Shown here in pieces: positions 22,883 through 33,328 of a stretch of DNA of 64,000 nt. Every line of letters starts with the position of its first letter. Position 1 is the first letter of the stretch. This DNA comes from Podarcis muralis (lineage: Eukaryota), in the NCBI RefSeq assembly GCF_964188315.1, contig NC_135664.1, positions 74,958,001 to 75,022,000 of the forward strand, read 5' to 3'. The position numbers and the translations under genes were made by a program. The notes under the pieces were generated by a model. The model did not search any database. It saw only the letters and a list, made by a program, of their open reading frames with translations, and had not been told where the DNA came from.

Positions 22883-23839
22883 ATGGAGGTCAGGAATCAG
22901 ACCCAGGTGGAGGAGTTCATCTTCCTGGGCTTCTCAGGTGTCCCACATGGCCAGATTTACCTCTTTGTCGTGTTCCTAGCAATTTACTTGGTCACCGTTC
23001 TTGGAAATACCACGATAGTCACCCTGATCCAGCTGGATTCGCGCCTCCACAGCCCCATGTACTTTTTCCTCAGTCATTTATCCTGCTTGGATGTCTGCTA
23101 CTCAACTGTCACCGTCCCCAAGATCCTGACCAACTTTCTGCGCCAGAGGCACACCATTTCCTACAACCAGTGCATGGCCCAGATGTTCTTCCTGATGACC
23201 TTTGCAGGCTCCGAGTGCGCCCTGCTGGCCGTCATGGCCTACGACCGCTATGCCGCCATTTGCCAGCCTCTGCATTACAGCAGCCTGATGAGCAGCCAGG
23301 TGCGAATCCCGCTGGCCATTGCTTCTTGGATCTGGGGCTTCCTGGACTCGGCCATCCACACCACTCTGGCCACCCACTTGTCCTTCTGCGGGGCCAACCA
23401 GATAGACCACATCTTCTGCGATGTCCCGCCTCTCCTGAAGATTGCCTGCAGCGACACCTACGTGAATGAGATCACGCTCCATTTGGCCAGCATCTTCATG
23501 GGCCTGAGTCCCTTCTTGCTCATCCTCCTCTCATATGTCTACATCCTCTCCGCCATCTTGCAGATCCGCTCGAATACTGGCAGGCACAAAGCCTTCTCCA
23601 CCTGCGCTGCTCACATGATCGTTGTCACCATCTACTTTGGCATGGCCAACGTGAACTACAACCGCCCCAGCGCAGGCTACTCCTTGGAGGTTGACACCCT
23701 AATCTCCACACTCTACTGCATCATCACCCCTATGCTGAACCCCCTCATCTATAGCCTCCGCAACAAGGAGGTGAAAGAAGCCCTCAAGAAGGTTCTGGGG
23801 GGGCAGAAGAACGAATACGCTTCTACACAGAGGAAGTGA
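22883..23839 (+). CDS. Olfactory receptor (OR-1), 318 aa, intact
   Basis: Single-exon 7TM ORF with LHSPMYFFL, MAYDRYAAIC, KAFSTC and PMLNPLIYSLRN motifs and an N-terminal NQT sequon. Splice acceptor AG at 22869-22870, 12 nt upstream of the ATG. Confidence 0.96.
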   Translation: MEVRNQTQVEEFIFLGFSGVPHGQIYLFVVFLAIYLVTVLGNTTIVTLIQLDSRLHSPMYFFLSHLSCLDVCYSTVTVPKILTNFLRQRHTISYNQCMAQMFFLMTFAGSECALLAVMAYDRYAAICQPLHYSSLMSSQVRIPLAIASWIWGFLDSAIHTTLATHLSFCGANQIDHIFCDVPPLLKIACSDTYVNEITLHLASIFMGLSPFLLILLSYVYILSAILQIRSNTGRHKAFSTCAAHMIVVTIYFGMANVNYNRPSAGYSLEVDTLISTLYCIITPMLNPLIYSLRNKEVKEALKKVLGGQKNEYASTQRK

Positions 23840-24518
23840 GAGGTGGACTTTGACAAGGGCATCTCTGCTGCTCTCTGACCCCACCTTTGCCCTTTGGGAG
23901 CTCAAGGTAATCCCCCAAGACCATGGAGAAACCCACTTCATGAAATACGGATTGAATAACATAAGTTCTGAAGACTTGCTGACATGCTGATGGGTAATTT
24001 AATTTTACTTACGTCATTAAGCACTTGTTCCCCCAAATATACCACCTTTGTGCATGTCCACCACAAGTGCCTATAGTTCCCATATTCAGAGAACTGCAGG
24101 CAACTGGTGAGACCCGTCAAAACTCATTATTCCAACCAGAGACCTTAAACTGTAGATTGCTGTATTTATTTACATTGAAGGCTTCTTCATGAACGATGTT
24201 CATTCTTCATGAACACCTTGGGCCACAGCAGAGGTGACAGAGAAGCAGAAACAAACTTTGGGAGACCTAAGACCAGGAACTCAAAGGAGAAGGGCTTGTA
24301 GTGTGGCTGCCCCTGTTATGTGGAACAGCGTTTCTGTCAAGATAGGAGCCCACTATCTGCACTTTCCAGGGGGTGGGGTGGGTGGGAACAAAGACATTTT
24401 TCCTCTGGTAGCTGGATAAATGGGTCTTTACAATGAGTGTCCACTTGTTTGGATTTCAGCTCCATTTAAATGTATTTGTTGTTGTTTTTTTAAATTTTAT
24501 TTATGCTTTTCAGGTTTA

Positions 24519-24753
24519 TTTGTTGTTTAGTCTTTTAGTCATGTTCGCCTATTCGTGACCCCCTGGACCAGAGCATGCCAGGCACTCCTGTCTTTCACCG
24601 CCACCCACAGTTTGGTCAAACTCATGCTGGTAGCTTCAAGAACACTGTCCCACCATCTCGTCCTCCGTCGTCCCCTTCTCCTTGTGCCCTCCATCTTTCC
24701 CATCATCAGGGTCTTTTCCAGGGAGTCTTCTCTTCTCATGAGGTGGCCAAAGT
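24519..24753 (-). mobile_element. BovB 3' fragment
   Basis: Translates MRREDSLEKTLMMGKMEGTRRRGRRRTRWWDSVLE; (CAA)n tail. Confidence 0.9.
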
Positions 24754-25113
24754 CTTATCACGCTGACTATAATAATAAGGCCAGAAGGAGCCTGGGTTTC
24801 ACTTTTCTCCCTTTCTGTCTCTCTTTCTGTCTGGTATGGTGTTCTGTACGTAGTGTTAAGGTATAGACTTATTCTAAGTTGTTGTAAGTTTAAGTTAAGT
24901 CTGCTGCAACTGGATTTCTTATGGTCAGTGCCAATCCTGAATGTCTGGGCTTTGTGACCATGACGCTCATTTGCTTTCAGTAACAATAAAGCTCTGCTGA
25001 GTGAAATACAATTGCCTCTGGTTTATTTTTGGGGAATCCTGCAATGTGTTCACTCGGCTAGCTATACATTGGAATCTACCCTGGATCAATATTGAGTAGA
25101 ATTTTCAATGACA
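24754..25113 (+). mobile_element. 3' half of the putative solo LTR
   Basis: Colinear with 34011-34378; AATAAA at about 24985; ends TGACA. Confidence 0.55.
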
Positions 25114-25876
25114 CATCCAACATTCCATATTCCCTTTATGCATTCTTTGAATTAAAAGGTGGGGTAGGAATACGTCAAGTGTGTAAATCAACAGCTAGCC
25201 GCCGAGCAATTCCTCCGATGGGACTCCCATTGCTCCATTCCTCTTGGCTTCCATAGACCCCCTGGGGAGAGTGGCTTTCATTTCCCAACCCTCCTTGTTA
25301 ACTTGCGTGTTGCAGTTGCAATGAGAGCGTCCCTTGGGTCCCACCTGGGCATAACTCCTCTCTCCCTGCCTGGGATCCGCTAGTTGGATGCAACGTAGAG
25401 GGAGCCACCCGGCTCATCCGTGGCTCAGCTGGGAAGCAGGGATCTCCCTTCCAGAGCCCCGATGGCAGGCCCTCTCTTGCCACTCGGATGCCAGTGTGCT
25501 CTGGCCCCGTGAAGGTGGAGCAGGCAGGGGCAGGGAAAGGCTGGTGCAGAAGAAGCCTGAGGTTGAAGGGGAAGGACGACCTGGAGCTGAGCATCCTGAC
25601 GGGGGCAGGAGCAAGCGCCCAGCCTCACTGGGCTCCCAGTGGGGGGCCTTCAGGTTAGTAGCTCCCCAGGACACAGAGAGGACTGGGGATGGGGAAGCAA
25701 TTCAGTCTGGTCTGCATTTGAACGCGAATCTGCCCCATTCACACTTGCTGAAATGATACAAGAACAAGAACTCTGCTAGCCGCTGAAATTTGCACTTCTC
25801 TGAATGTTGCAGAAAAAGGTGGGTTATAAATGCAATAAATAATAAATTCATTTATGGGACAATATATATGGGGCTA

Positions 25877-26229
25877 GGGACATGGGTGGCGCTGTGGGTT
25901 AAACCACAGAGCCTAGGACTTGCCGATCAGAAGGTCGGCTGTTCGAATCCCCGCGACGGGGTGAGCTCCTGTTGCTCGGTCCCTGCTCCTGCCAACCTAG
26001 CAGTTCAAAAGCATGCCAGCACAAGTAGACAAATAGGTACCTCTCCGGCGGGAAGGTAAACGGCGTTTCCGTGCACTGCTCTGGTTCACCAGAAGCGGCT
26101 TAGTCATGCTGCCCACATGACCCGGAAGCTGTATGCCGGCTCCCTCGGCCAATAAAGTGAGATGAGCGCCGCAACCCCAGAGTCTTCCACGACTGGACCT
26201 AATGGTCAGGAGACCCTTTACCCTTTACC
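25877..26229 (+). mobile_element. Full-length Sauria-type SINE, predating the segmental duplication
   Basis: TSD atatatggggct / atatatggagct; same insertion site as the copy at 35143-35497. Confidence 0.92.
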
Positions 26230-27234
26230 TATATATGGAGCTGACACAGCAAGAGATTTTTTCCCCCACCCCACCCCCCTAAATCTTATCCAATCCACAC
26301 TTTTCAATGCACAAAGGAGTTTATAATTCTGTGCTTCACATCCCAATCCCTGAGCAGTGAGATATTTGGGCGTCCAATGTTCACTTACGGTTGACTTTCC
26401 TTGGAATGGGAGGTTACTGGAGAGACTACCATGGAGTTACCATCTCCATGCCATAACATAGTAGCTGTGGAACATATAAGACTACATGAAGCTGCCTTAT
26501 GCTGACTCAGACCTGGTCTCTGGTCTCTGAAACATTTGCTTTATCTGCAAATATAGAAGCAGAATAGAAGTGGAGGCGAACAAGCCCTCCTTCAACAGGC
26601 AGCACACCTCAAGAGATCATCTTGCTGCCCCCACCTGATTTCCAGTCTCTTCCAGCTAGAAGTGTCACAGCACCAGGGGCACAAACAGAAACTAACAGTC
26701 AGAACACTCTAACCATGACATCCCATTGGCTTCCCCACATCCTCAAAGCAGAACAAAAGGTTCATTGTGTTGCCTCTTCCAAGGCAGAAAGGGAGGCAGA
26801 CAGAGACGGGGGGGGGGGGCATGGAAACACTTACCGAGAGCCTAAACAGCCCTTTTCCAGCCAGTCCTCTGAATCGGAGACTGAAATTGGGAGTGGCCAG
26901 TCTGTTCCAGGAACTAGCTATCCCCAGAAGAGAGGAGATAAGAGGCATTCCCTGTCTCGCTGGGCATGCTGGCCTAGAAAGCCACGTCACAAAAATTTAG
27001 AAGCGGCAACTGACTGAGCAACACGGAGGTGTTGTTTTGGAGCTCCGGTGTGGGCTTGGATTTTGCAGTCATAAATCTACCGGACAGAAGTGGCTCGATG
27101 CCTGGAATGTTATCTCCTAACTAGCTAGGCAGCAAACACATCCCTCACAGCAGAGGAGGAGACATCAGCTTCCTTGTGACACTTCTCATTCCAGGTTCCT
27201 CTCCGGCTTCCTTTCCTGACCAAGGCAGGCCCTG

Positions 27235-27665
27235 AATAATAATAATAATAATAATAATTTATTATTTACAACCCGCCCATCTGGCTGTGTTTCCCCAGCC
27301 ACTCTGGGCAGCTTCCAACAAAGTATTAAAATACAGTGGTCTGTTAAACATTAAAAGCTTCCCTACAGAGGGCTGCCTTCAGATGTCTTCTAAAAGTCTG
27401 GTAGTTGTTCTTCTCTTTGATCTCTGGTGGGAGGGCGTTCCACACAGCGGGCGCCACCACCGAGAAGGCCCTCTGTCTGGTTCCCTGTAACTTGGCTTCT
27501 CGCAATGAGGGAACCACCAGAAGGCCCTCGGCGCTGGACCTCAGTGTTTGGGCAGAACGAGGGAGGTGGAGACGCTCCTTCGGGTCTACTGGACTAAGGC
27601 CATTTAGGGCTTTCAAGGTCAGAACCAACACTTTGAATTGTTCTCGGAAACGTACTGGGAGCAAA
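27235..27665 (-). mobile_element. L2 3' fragment
   Basis: ORF 27344-27664; (TTA)n tail; absent from the paralogous block near 36750. Confidence 0.88.
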
Positions 27666-28356
27666 TGTAGACTAGAGATGAGAATTCTGGGAGTGGAGAG
27701 GAAATGTCACGGCCACCAGCCAGTTGGGGATGTCTCCAACAGCATCCCTGATTCGTCAAAGCAGGGTTGTTCCTGTCCCCCCCTGAAGGGAGAGGAGTGA
27801 CGTCCGACCATCCCTGGAGGACCCTAACCCACCCACCACTGATTTGTAGCAGCTGGCCTTGACACCAGACTATTGAGTGGGGAGGTTAAAGGAGAAAAAC
27901 CATTACTTCGATGTGAATGATTTTTGGACTAGGGGGAGATGGAGGCTCATTTGCTTATTAGTTTGTCAGTGTGTCGGTTAGTTTATTATTTGTGTGTGGT
28001 CAGTGTTGTTTCCTCCTGTTTATATGGCTGGTTTTCCCCTCCCCTCCAATAAAATGTCAATATATTACATCAATATATTACATGATTCCCCCCCTTCTCC
28101 CCATACCATTTTTCTTTGCCATAAGTCACTTCGGGTGACAAGAGACTGAGAAGATTAATGAACACCAACAACACCAAATTTAATGGAACAATGGTCTGAG
28201 TGGGTAGAAGACCACTTACAATCATAGACTTACAGAACTGTAGCATTTTAATGGGTCTCCCAAAGGTCCTCTAGTCTAACCCCCTGCCATGCAGGAATTT
28301 CCTCTGTTTCCCTTTTCTGCCTGGCAGCCTTCCCCTCAAACGCCATCCTTCTTCTC

Positions 28357-30061
28357 GGTGCGGGAACATTCCCAGGGGAGCTGAAGTGGTGCGTCTGCTC
28401 TTAAAAAAAACATCATCAGATCATGTAGATCTATCCAATTACCACCCGGTTTTGAACCTTTTGTACCTGGGTAAGGTAATTGAGAGAGCGGTTGCCAAAC
28501 AGCTTAGTAGGTTTCTGGATGAAACATCGGCTTTGGATCCATTTCAGTCCGGCTTCCATCCTGGTTATGGGACCGAGACAGCTCTGGTTGCCCTAACAGA
28601 TTATCTTTGTAGACAACTGGATCGAGGCGGGTCGGGACTGCTGATTCTTTGAGATTTGTCAGCAGCCTTCGACATGGTCGACCACGAACTTTTGGACCAC
28701 TGCCTTGCCAATGTGGGGATTAAGGGCACAGTCTTACAATGGCTGCGCTCTTTCCTTTCAGGGTGGGGACAGAGGCTGGCGCTAGGGGAGGAGTTGTCGT
28801 CGCTGCACTCCTTGGTGTGTGGAGTGCCGCAGGGCGTAATCCTCTCCCCTATGCTTTTTAACATTTTTATGCACCCCCTTGTCCAGCTTGTCCAGAATTT
28901 TGGGCTGGGTTGTCATCAATATGCTGATGACATCCAGCTTTATCTGTTGATGGACGGCCATCCTGACTCAGCCCTGGACACAATGACCAGATGCTTGGAG
29001 GCTGTGGCTGGATGGCTGCGTGGGAGCCAGTTGAAGTTAAATCCTTCAAAGACAGAGGTCCTCTGGCTGGGTCGGGATGACATGGGGTTGGGGGGCCAGC
29101 TCCCATCTCTTGCGGGGGATCAGTTAGTGCCAGCGCCTTCCATCAGGAGTTTGGGTGTAACCTTCGATGCCTCCCTCTCTATGGAGGCGCAGGTTGCAGC
29201 TACAGCAAAGGCGGCATTTTTCCACCTTCACCGTGCTAAGCAGCTGGTCCCTTACCTTTCTCTCCCTGATCTGGCCACAATGATCCACGCTACGGTCACC
29301 TCCAGGGTTGATTATTGTAACTCGCTCTACGTGGGGCTGCCCTTGAGACTGATCCAGAAACTCCAGCGGGTGCAGAATGCTGCTGCGAGGCTCCTTACGG
29401 GGTCCTCGCCATGGAATCATATTCACCCGGTGCTAAACCAGCTGCACTGGCTCCCGGTCGAGTACATGGTCAGGTTTAAGGTGCTGGTTTTGACCTTTAA
29501 AGCCCTATGTGGCCTACGACCCTCGTATTTACGGGACCGCCTCTCCTGGTATGCCCTGTGGAGGACCTTACGGTCCACAAATAATACCTCAGAGATCCTG
29601 GGTCTCAAGGAAGTTAAACTGGCCTCAATCAGGGCCAAGGCCTTTTGGCTTTGGCCCCAGCCTGGTGGAACGCTCTATCACAGAAGACTAGGGCCCTGCG
29701 GGATTTGACATCCTTCCACAGGGCCTGCAGGACAAAGCTGTTCTGCCTGGCCTTCAGTCCGGGCCCAGATTGACACCCCTCTATGGGGTCCTCTAAGTCA
29801 CCTCTTTGGCCCTTTTATCGGCTCACGTGGAACCAAGATGGACAGCTGGCCCTGATGAATACTTGAGTTTCCCGACCACTTTGGTTGTAATGCGTGGGCA
29901 ATCATTAAATTTTATCCTGATTCTAATTTTTAAGATGTATTTTAATCAATTGTTTGATTGTGTTTCAATGTATTTGATATTTGATGTTAGCCGCCCTGAG
30001 CCCGGTCTTAGCTGGGGAGGGCAGGGTATAAATAAAAATTTACTTACTTTACTTACCTACT
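28357..30061 (+). mobile_element. 5'-truncated L2 LINE with a nearly intact RT domain, in the OR-2 intron
   Basis: ORFs 28386-28652 and 28656-29708 are in the same frame, separated by one TGA. Motifs DLSAAFD, GVPQG and YADD are present. Tail (ttac)n; probable TSD ttctc. Confidence 0.93.
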
Positions 30062-30089
30062 TTCTCTACAGAAAATCTCTGCATTTCCC

Positions 30090-31064
30090 ATGGCTGGCAG
30101 CAGCAACTGGACCCAGGTGACGGAGTTTGTTCTTCTGGGTTTCTCTGGGATCACGCATGGTCAGACGTACCTGTTCCTGGTGTTCTTGGTGATCTACTTG
30201 GTCACCCTGTTAGGGAACCTCACCATAGTCGGCCTGATTCTGCTGGATCCCCACCTTCATAGCCCCATGTACTTCTTCCTCAGTCATTTGTCTTGCATGG
30301 ACGTTTGCTCCTCATCCGTCACTGTCCCCAAAATTTTGGCCAACCTCCTCCACAACCACCACGCCATCTCCTACCACGCGTGCCTGGCCCAGATGTTCTT
30401 CCTGATGGCTTTCTCAGGTTCTGAGTGCTGGCTGTTGGCCGCCATGGCATACGATCGCTATGCCGCCATTTGCCAGCCTTTGCATTACTCACACCTCATG
30501 AGTCCGCGTGTGTGCGTGCAGCTAGCCACCATCGTCTGGGTCGTGGGCTTCCTGGACTCAGTGCTTCACACAGCTTTGGCCTCCAATTTACACTTCTGTG
30601 TGGCCTTCCAGATCCACCACATCTTCTGCGACCTCCCACCGCTGCTGAAAATCGCCTGCGGGGACACGCGCGTCAACGAAATTACCGTTCACATAGCCAC
30701 CATCTTTATGGGCCTGGGCCCATTCCTGGTAGTCGTCATCTCCTACGTCTACATCTTGGCTTCCATCTTGCGGATCCGCTCCAACACTGGGCGGCACAGG
30801 GCCTTCTCCACCTGCACCTCCCACATGATAGTGGTCATCCTCTACTTCGGAAATGGATTGGTGAACTACAACCGCCCCAGCGCAGGCTACTCCTTGGAGG
30901 TTGACACCCTGATCTCCACACTCTACTGCGTCATCACCCCTATGCTGAACCCTCTCATCTATAGCCTCCGCAACAAGGAGGTGAAAGAAGCCCTGAAGAA
31001 GGTTCTGGGGGGGACAGGAGAAGGAATACGCTTCTACACAGAGAAAGTGAGAGGCGGACTTTGA
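30090..31064 (+). CDS. Olfactory receptor (OR-2), 324 aa, intact, probably chimeric
   Basis: All OR motifs present. Acceptor AG at 30070-30071. The 5' part resembles OR-3; the 3' end and flank resemble OR-1. Confidence 0.95.
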   Translation: MAGSSNWTQVTEFVLLGFSGITHGQTYLFLVFLVIYLVTLLGNLTIVGLILLDPHLHSPMYFFLSHLSCMDVCSSSVTVPKILANLLHNHHAISYHACLAQMFFLMAFSGSECWLLAAMAYDRYAAICQPLHYSHLMSPRVCVQLATIVWVVGFLDSVLHTALASNLHFCVAFQIHHIFCDLPPLLKIACGDTRVNEITVHIATIFMGLGPFLVVVISYVYILASILRIRSNTGRHRAFSTCTSHMIVVILYFGNGLVNYNRPSAGYSLEVDTLISTLYCVITPMLNPLIYSLRNKEVKEALKKVLGGTGEGIRFYTEKVRGGL

Positions 31065-32450
31065 CCAGGGCATCTCTGCTCTCCTCTGACCCTGCCATTG
31101 CCCTTAGGGAGCTCAAGGTAATCCTCCAAGACCACAGAGAAACCCACTTCCTGTAGACTCCATTTCGATCAAATTTATAAACACGTTTTTATTATTTCCA
31201 TGGAGACCCCCCCAAAGTATGTTATGAAAACCTATGTTTCTGTACAAACACCACAACTAATCAGCAAAGCATGTTCCTATGAAGTGATATGCAATTTAGG
31301 ATAAACCTCAGGAACTGGTCTTTGGTATTCTGGAGAATTTGTAAATGAAATGAAGCTTCACCATTCTCCTGCAAAGATGTCTCTGTAAATTGTTCCTCCT
31401 GCCGGTCTTACTTTGTGAGTCAATTGTTCCACCAGGGCCATACGGTCTTGTACCAATCATTCAAGTTTGCACCTTTTAAGTCCTTCCAGAATGTGACTAT
31501 AACCATACCTGCAACCACAAAGAGAAATTCATTTCATGGTTTATCCAACAAGTCCTGATTCTCATTGAAATACGGATTGAGTAACACAAGTTCTGAAGAC
31601 TTGCTGACATGCTGATGGGCACTTTTGCTTACGTCATTAAGCACTTGTTCCCCCAAATATGCCACCTTTGTGCATGTCCACCACAGGTGCCTATAGTTCC
31701 CATATTCAGAGAACTGCAGGCAACTGGTGAGACCCGTCAAAACTCATTATTCCAACCAGAGACTCTAAACTGTAGATTGCTGTATTTATTTACATTGAAG
31801 GCTTCTTCATGAACGATTGGCTCTGTAGGAGCCAATATATGCTAATCTCCTTACAGGTTCTCCTGTTTTCATAGGGCTGTTTCTTTTCACAGCTTGGGCC
31901 ACAGCAGTGGTGACAGAGAAGCAGAAACAACCTTTGGGAGACCTAAGACCAGGAGCTCAAAGGAGAAGGGCTTGTAGTGTGGCTGTCCCGGTTCTGTGAA
32001 ACAGCATTTCTGTCAAGATAGGAGCCCATTATCTGCACTTTCCGGGGGGGGGGGGGGACAAAGACATTTTTGTTCTGGCAGCTGGATAAATGAGTCTTTG
32101 CAATGAGTGTCCACTTGATTGGATTTCAGCCCCGTTTTAAATGTGTTTGTTGTTTTTGTGTTTGTTTGTTTTTAAATTTTATTTATGCTTTTCAGGTTTA
32201 TACATTTCACAAATTTTACAATCATTTAAAAATCATTTTACAAACATTAAACATCCTTTTCAATTCATTATATATCATTTCCCAGTTGTTGTTTTTGTGT
32301 TTTAACTGTTTGTGTCTATGAAGACCACTGAAGACCACTGGCGCACTGGGTTCAGTAATGTCCACTTTGACTGGCAGGAGATGTCAGGCAGAGAAAGCCC
32401 CTCTCCAGTTATTGGACCTTTTTAGTTGGAGATGCTTTGCCATTTAAACC

Positions 32451-32476
32451 TGACACACACACACACACACACACAC
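32451..32476. repeat. (CA)n microsatellite
   Basis: Direct reading. Confidence 0.9.
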
Positions 32477-32640
32477 CCTTTGACATTCCCTTCCTAATGT
32501 TGCTGTGTTAAGTGTTCTAGGAGATACTAAATTAAAAAAAAATCTTTATTTTTTTAAAAAGGACTGACAAATTCTTCTTTAGCTGAAACTCTAGGGAAGT
32601 AGCTACTAAAAAGGGACATGAGTGGTGCTGTGGTCTAAAC

Positions 32641-33328
32641 CAGTGTTTCCCAACCTTTTTTGGGCAAAGGCACACTTGTTTGATGAAAAAAATCTCGAGG
32701 CACATCACCATTACAGCCCCGTGACGTCAGCGCGCAGCGTCACGCCGGGAGGGAAGGGCGCCGGGGCGCTGCTGCTGCTGCTGCCGCCGCCGCTCCCGGC
32801 AGGCATGGGCCCAGCTGAGGCGGCGGCGGCTGTTGTGGTGGTGGCGGCGATAGCGGGCGGAGGAGGGGGCGGCGGCGGGGCCGAGGTGGCCGGCGGTGGC
32901 AGGGGAGGCGGCGGCGGGTGGAGCAGGAGGGCGGCCGAGGCCGGTGAGGGAGTAGGGTTGCCCGGGGCTTGAGGAGCCGTCACCGGGAGTTGCTGCTGCT
33001 GTTGTTGCTGCTGCTGCCCGGACATGCCGGCCTCCTCCTCGTCCGCTGTCTCGCGCTCCTCCCTTTTGCGCGCGCTGCCCCGCCGCCGCCCCATTGGCCG
33101 GGTCCTGTCAGCTGATCCTGTGTTATTTCCTGTGTGTGTGTGTGTGAGGGGAGAATGGAGAGAGAAACCTCGGCACCACCACCGCGGAGCCGCCCCCGGC
33201 TCGACGCGGATCCTCGCCGACGCCGCCCCGCCTCTCGCCGCCCGACTCGCCCGCCTCCCTCCCACGGCACACCAGGCAACGTCTCGCGGCACACTAGTGT
33301 GCCGCGGAACACCGGTTGGGAAACACTG
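32641..33328 (-). mobile_element. Non-autonomous hAT element, family A copy 2, carrying a RANBP9-like captured fragment at 32755-33210
   Basis: Same TIRs and arms as 1775-2230, in the opposite orientation. Perfect 8-bp TSD gtctaaac (32633-32640, 33329-33336). Inserted in the head of a Sauria SINE. Confidence 0.93.
32752..33025 (-). pseudogene. RANBP9: Captured N-terminal coding fragment resembling RANBP9 exon 1
   Basis: ATG at 33025 reads MSGQQQQQQQQQL...ASAALLLHPPPPPLPPPATSAPPPPPPPP...GSSSSSAPAPFP. Recalled human RANBP9 reads MSGQPPPPPPQQQQQQQQL...AAAALLLHPPPPPPPATAAPPPPPPPP...GSSAAAPFP. The sequence is low complexity, so the assignment needs a search. Confidence 0.8.

Larger units (their letters stand above)
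23651..30860 (+). repeat. Tandem segmental duplication, unit 1 (OR-1 3' end to OR-2 5' part)
   Basis: Colinear blocks: 23940-24515 with 31566-32200; 24754-26660 with 34011-35940; 27673-28350 with 36757-37450. Confidence 0.88.

Noticed and set aside
23102-23482. Antisense and alternate-frame ORFs over the OR genes (also 30588, 37815, 37978, 49495, 60251)
   Set aside because: Expected shadows of GC-rich OR codon usage; no independent support.
28386-29708. Active L2 element
   Set aside because: It is 5'-truncated with no endonuclease, has an in-frame TGA at 28650-28652 and a frameshift near the C-terminus.
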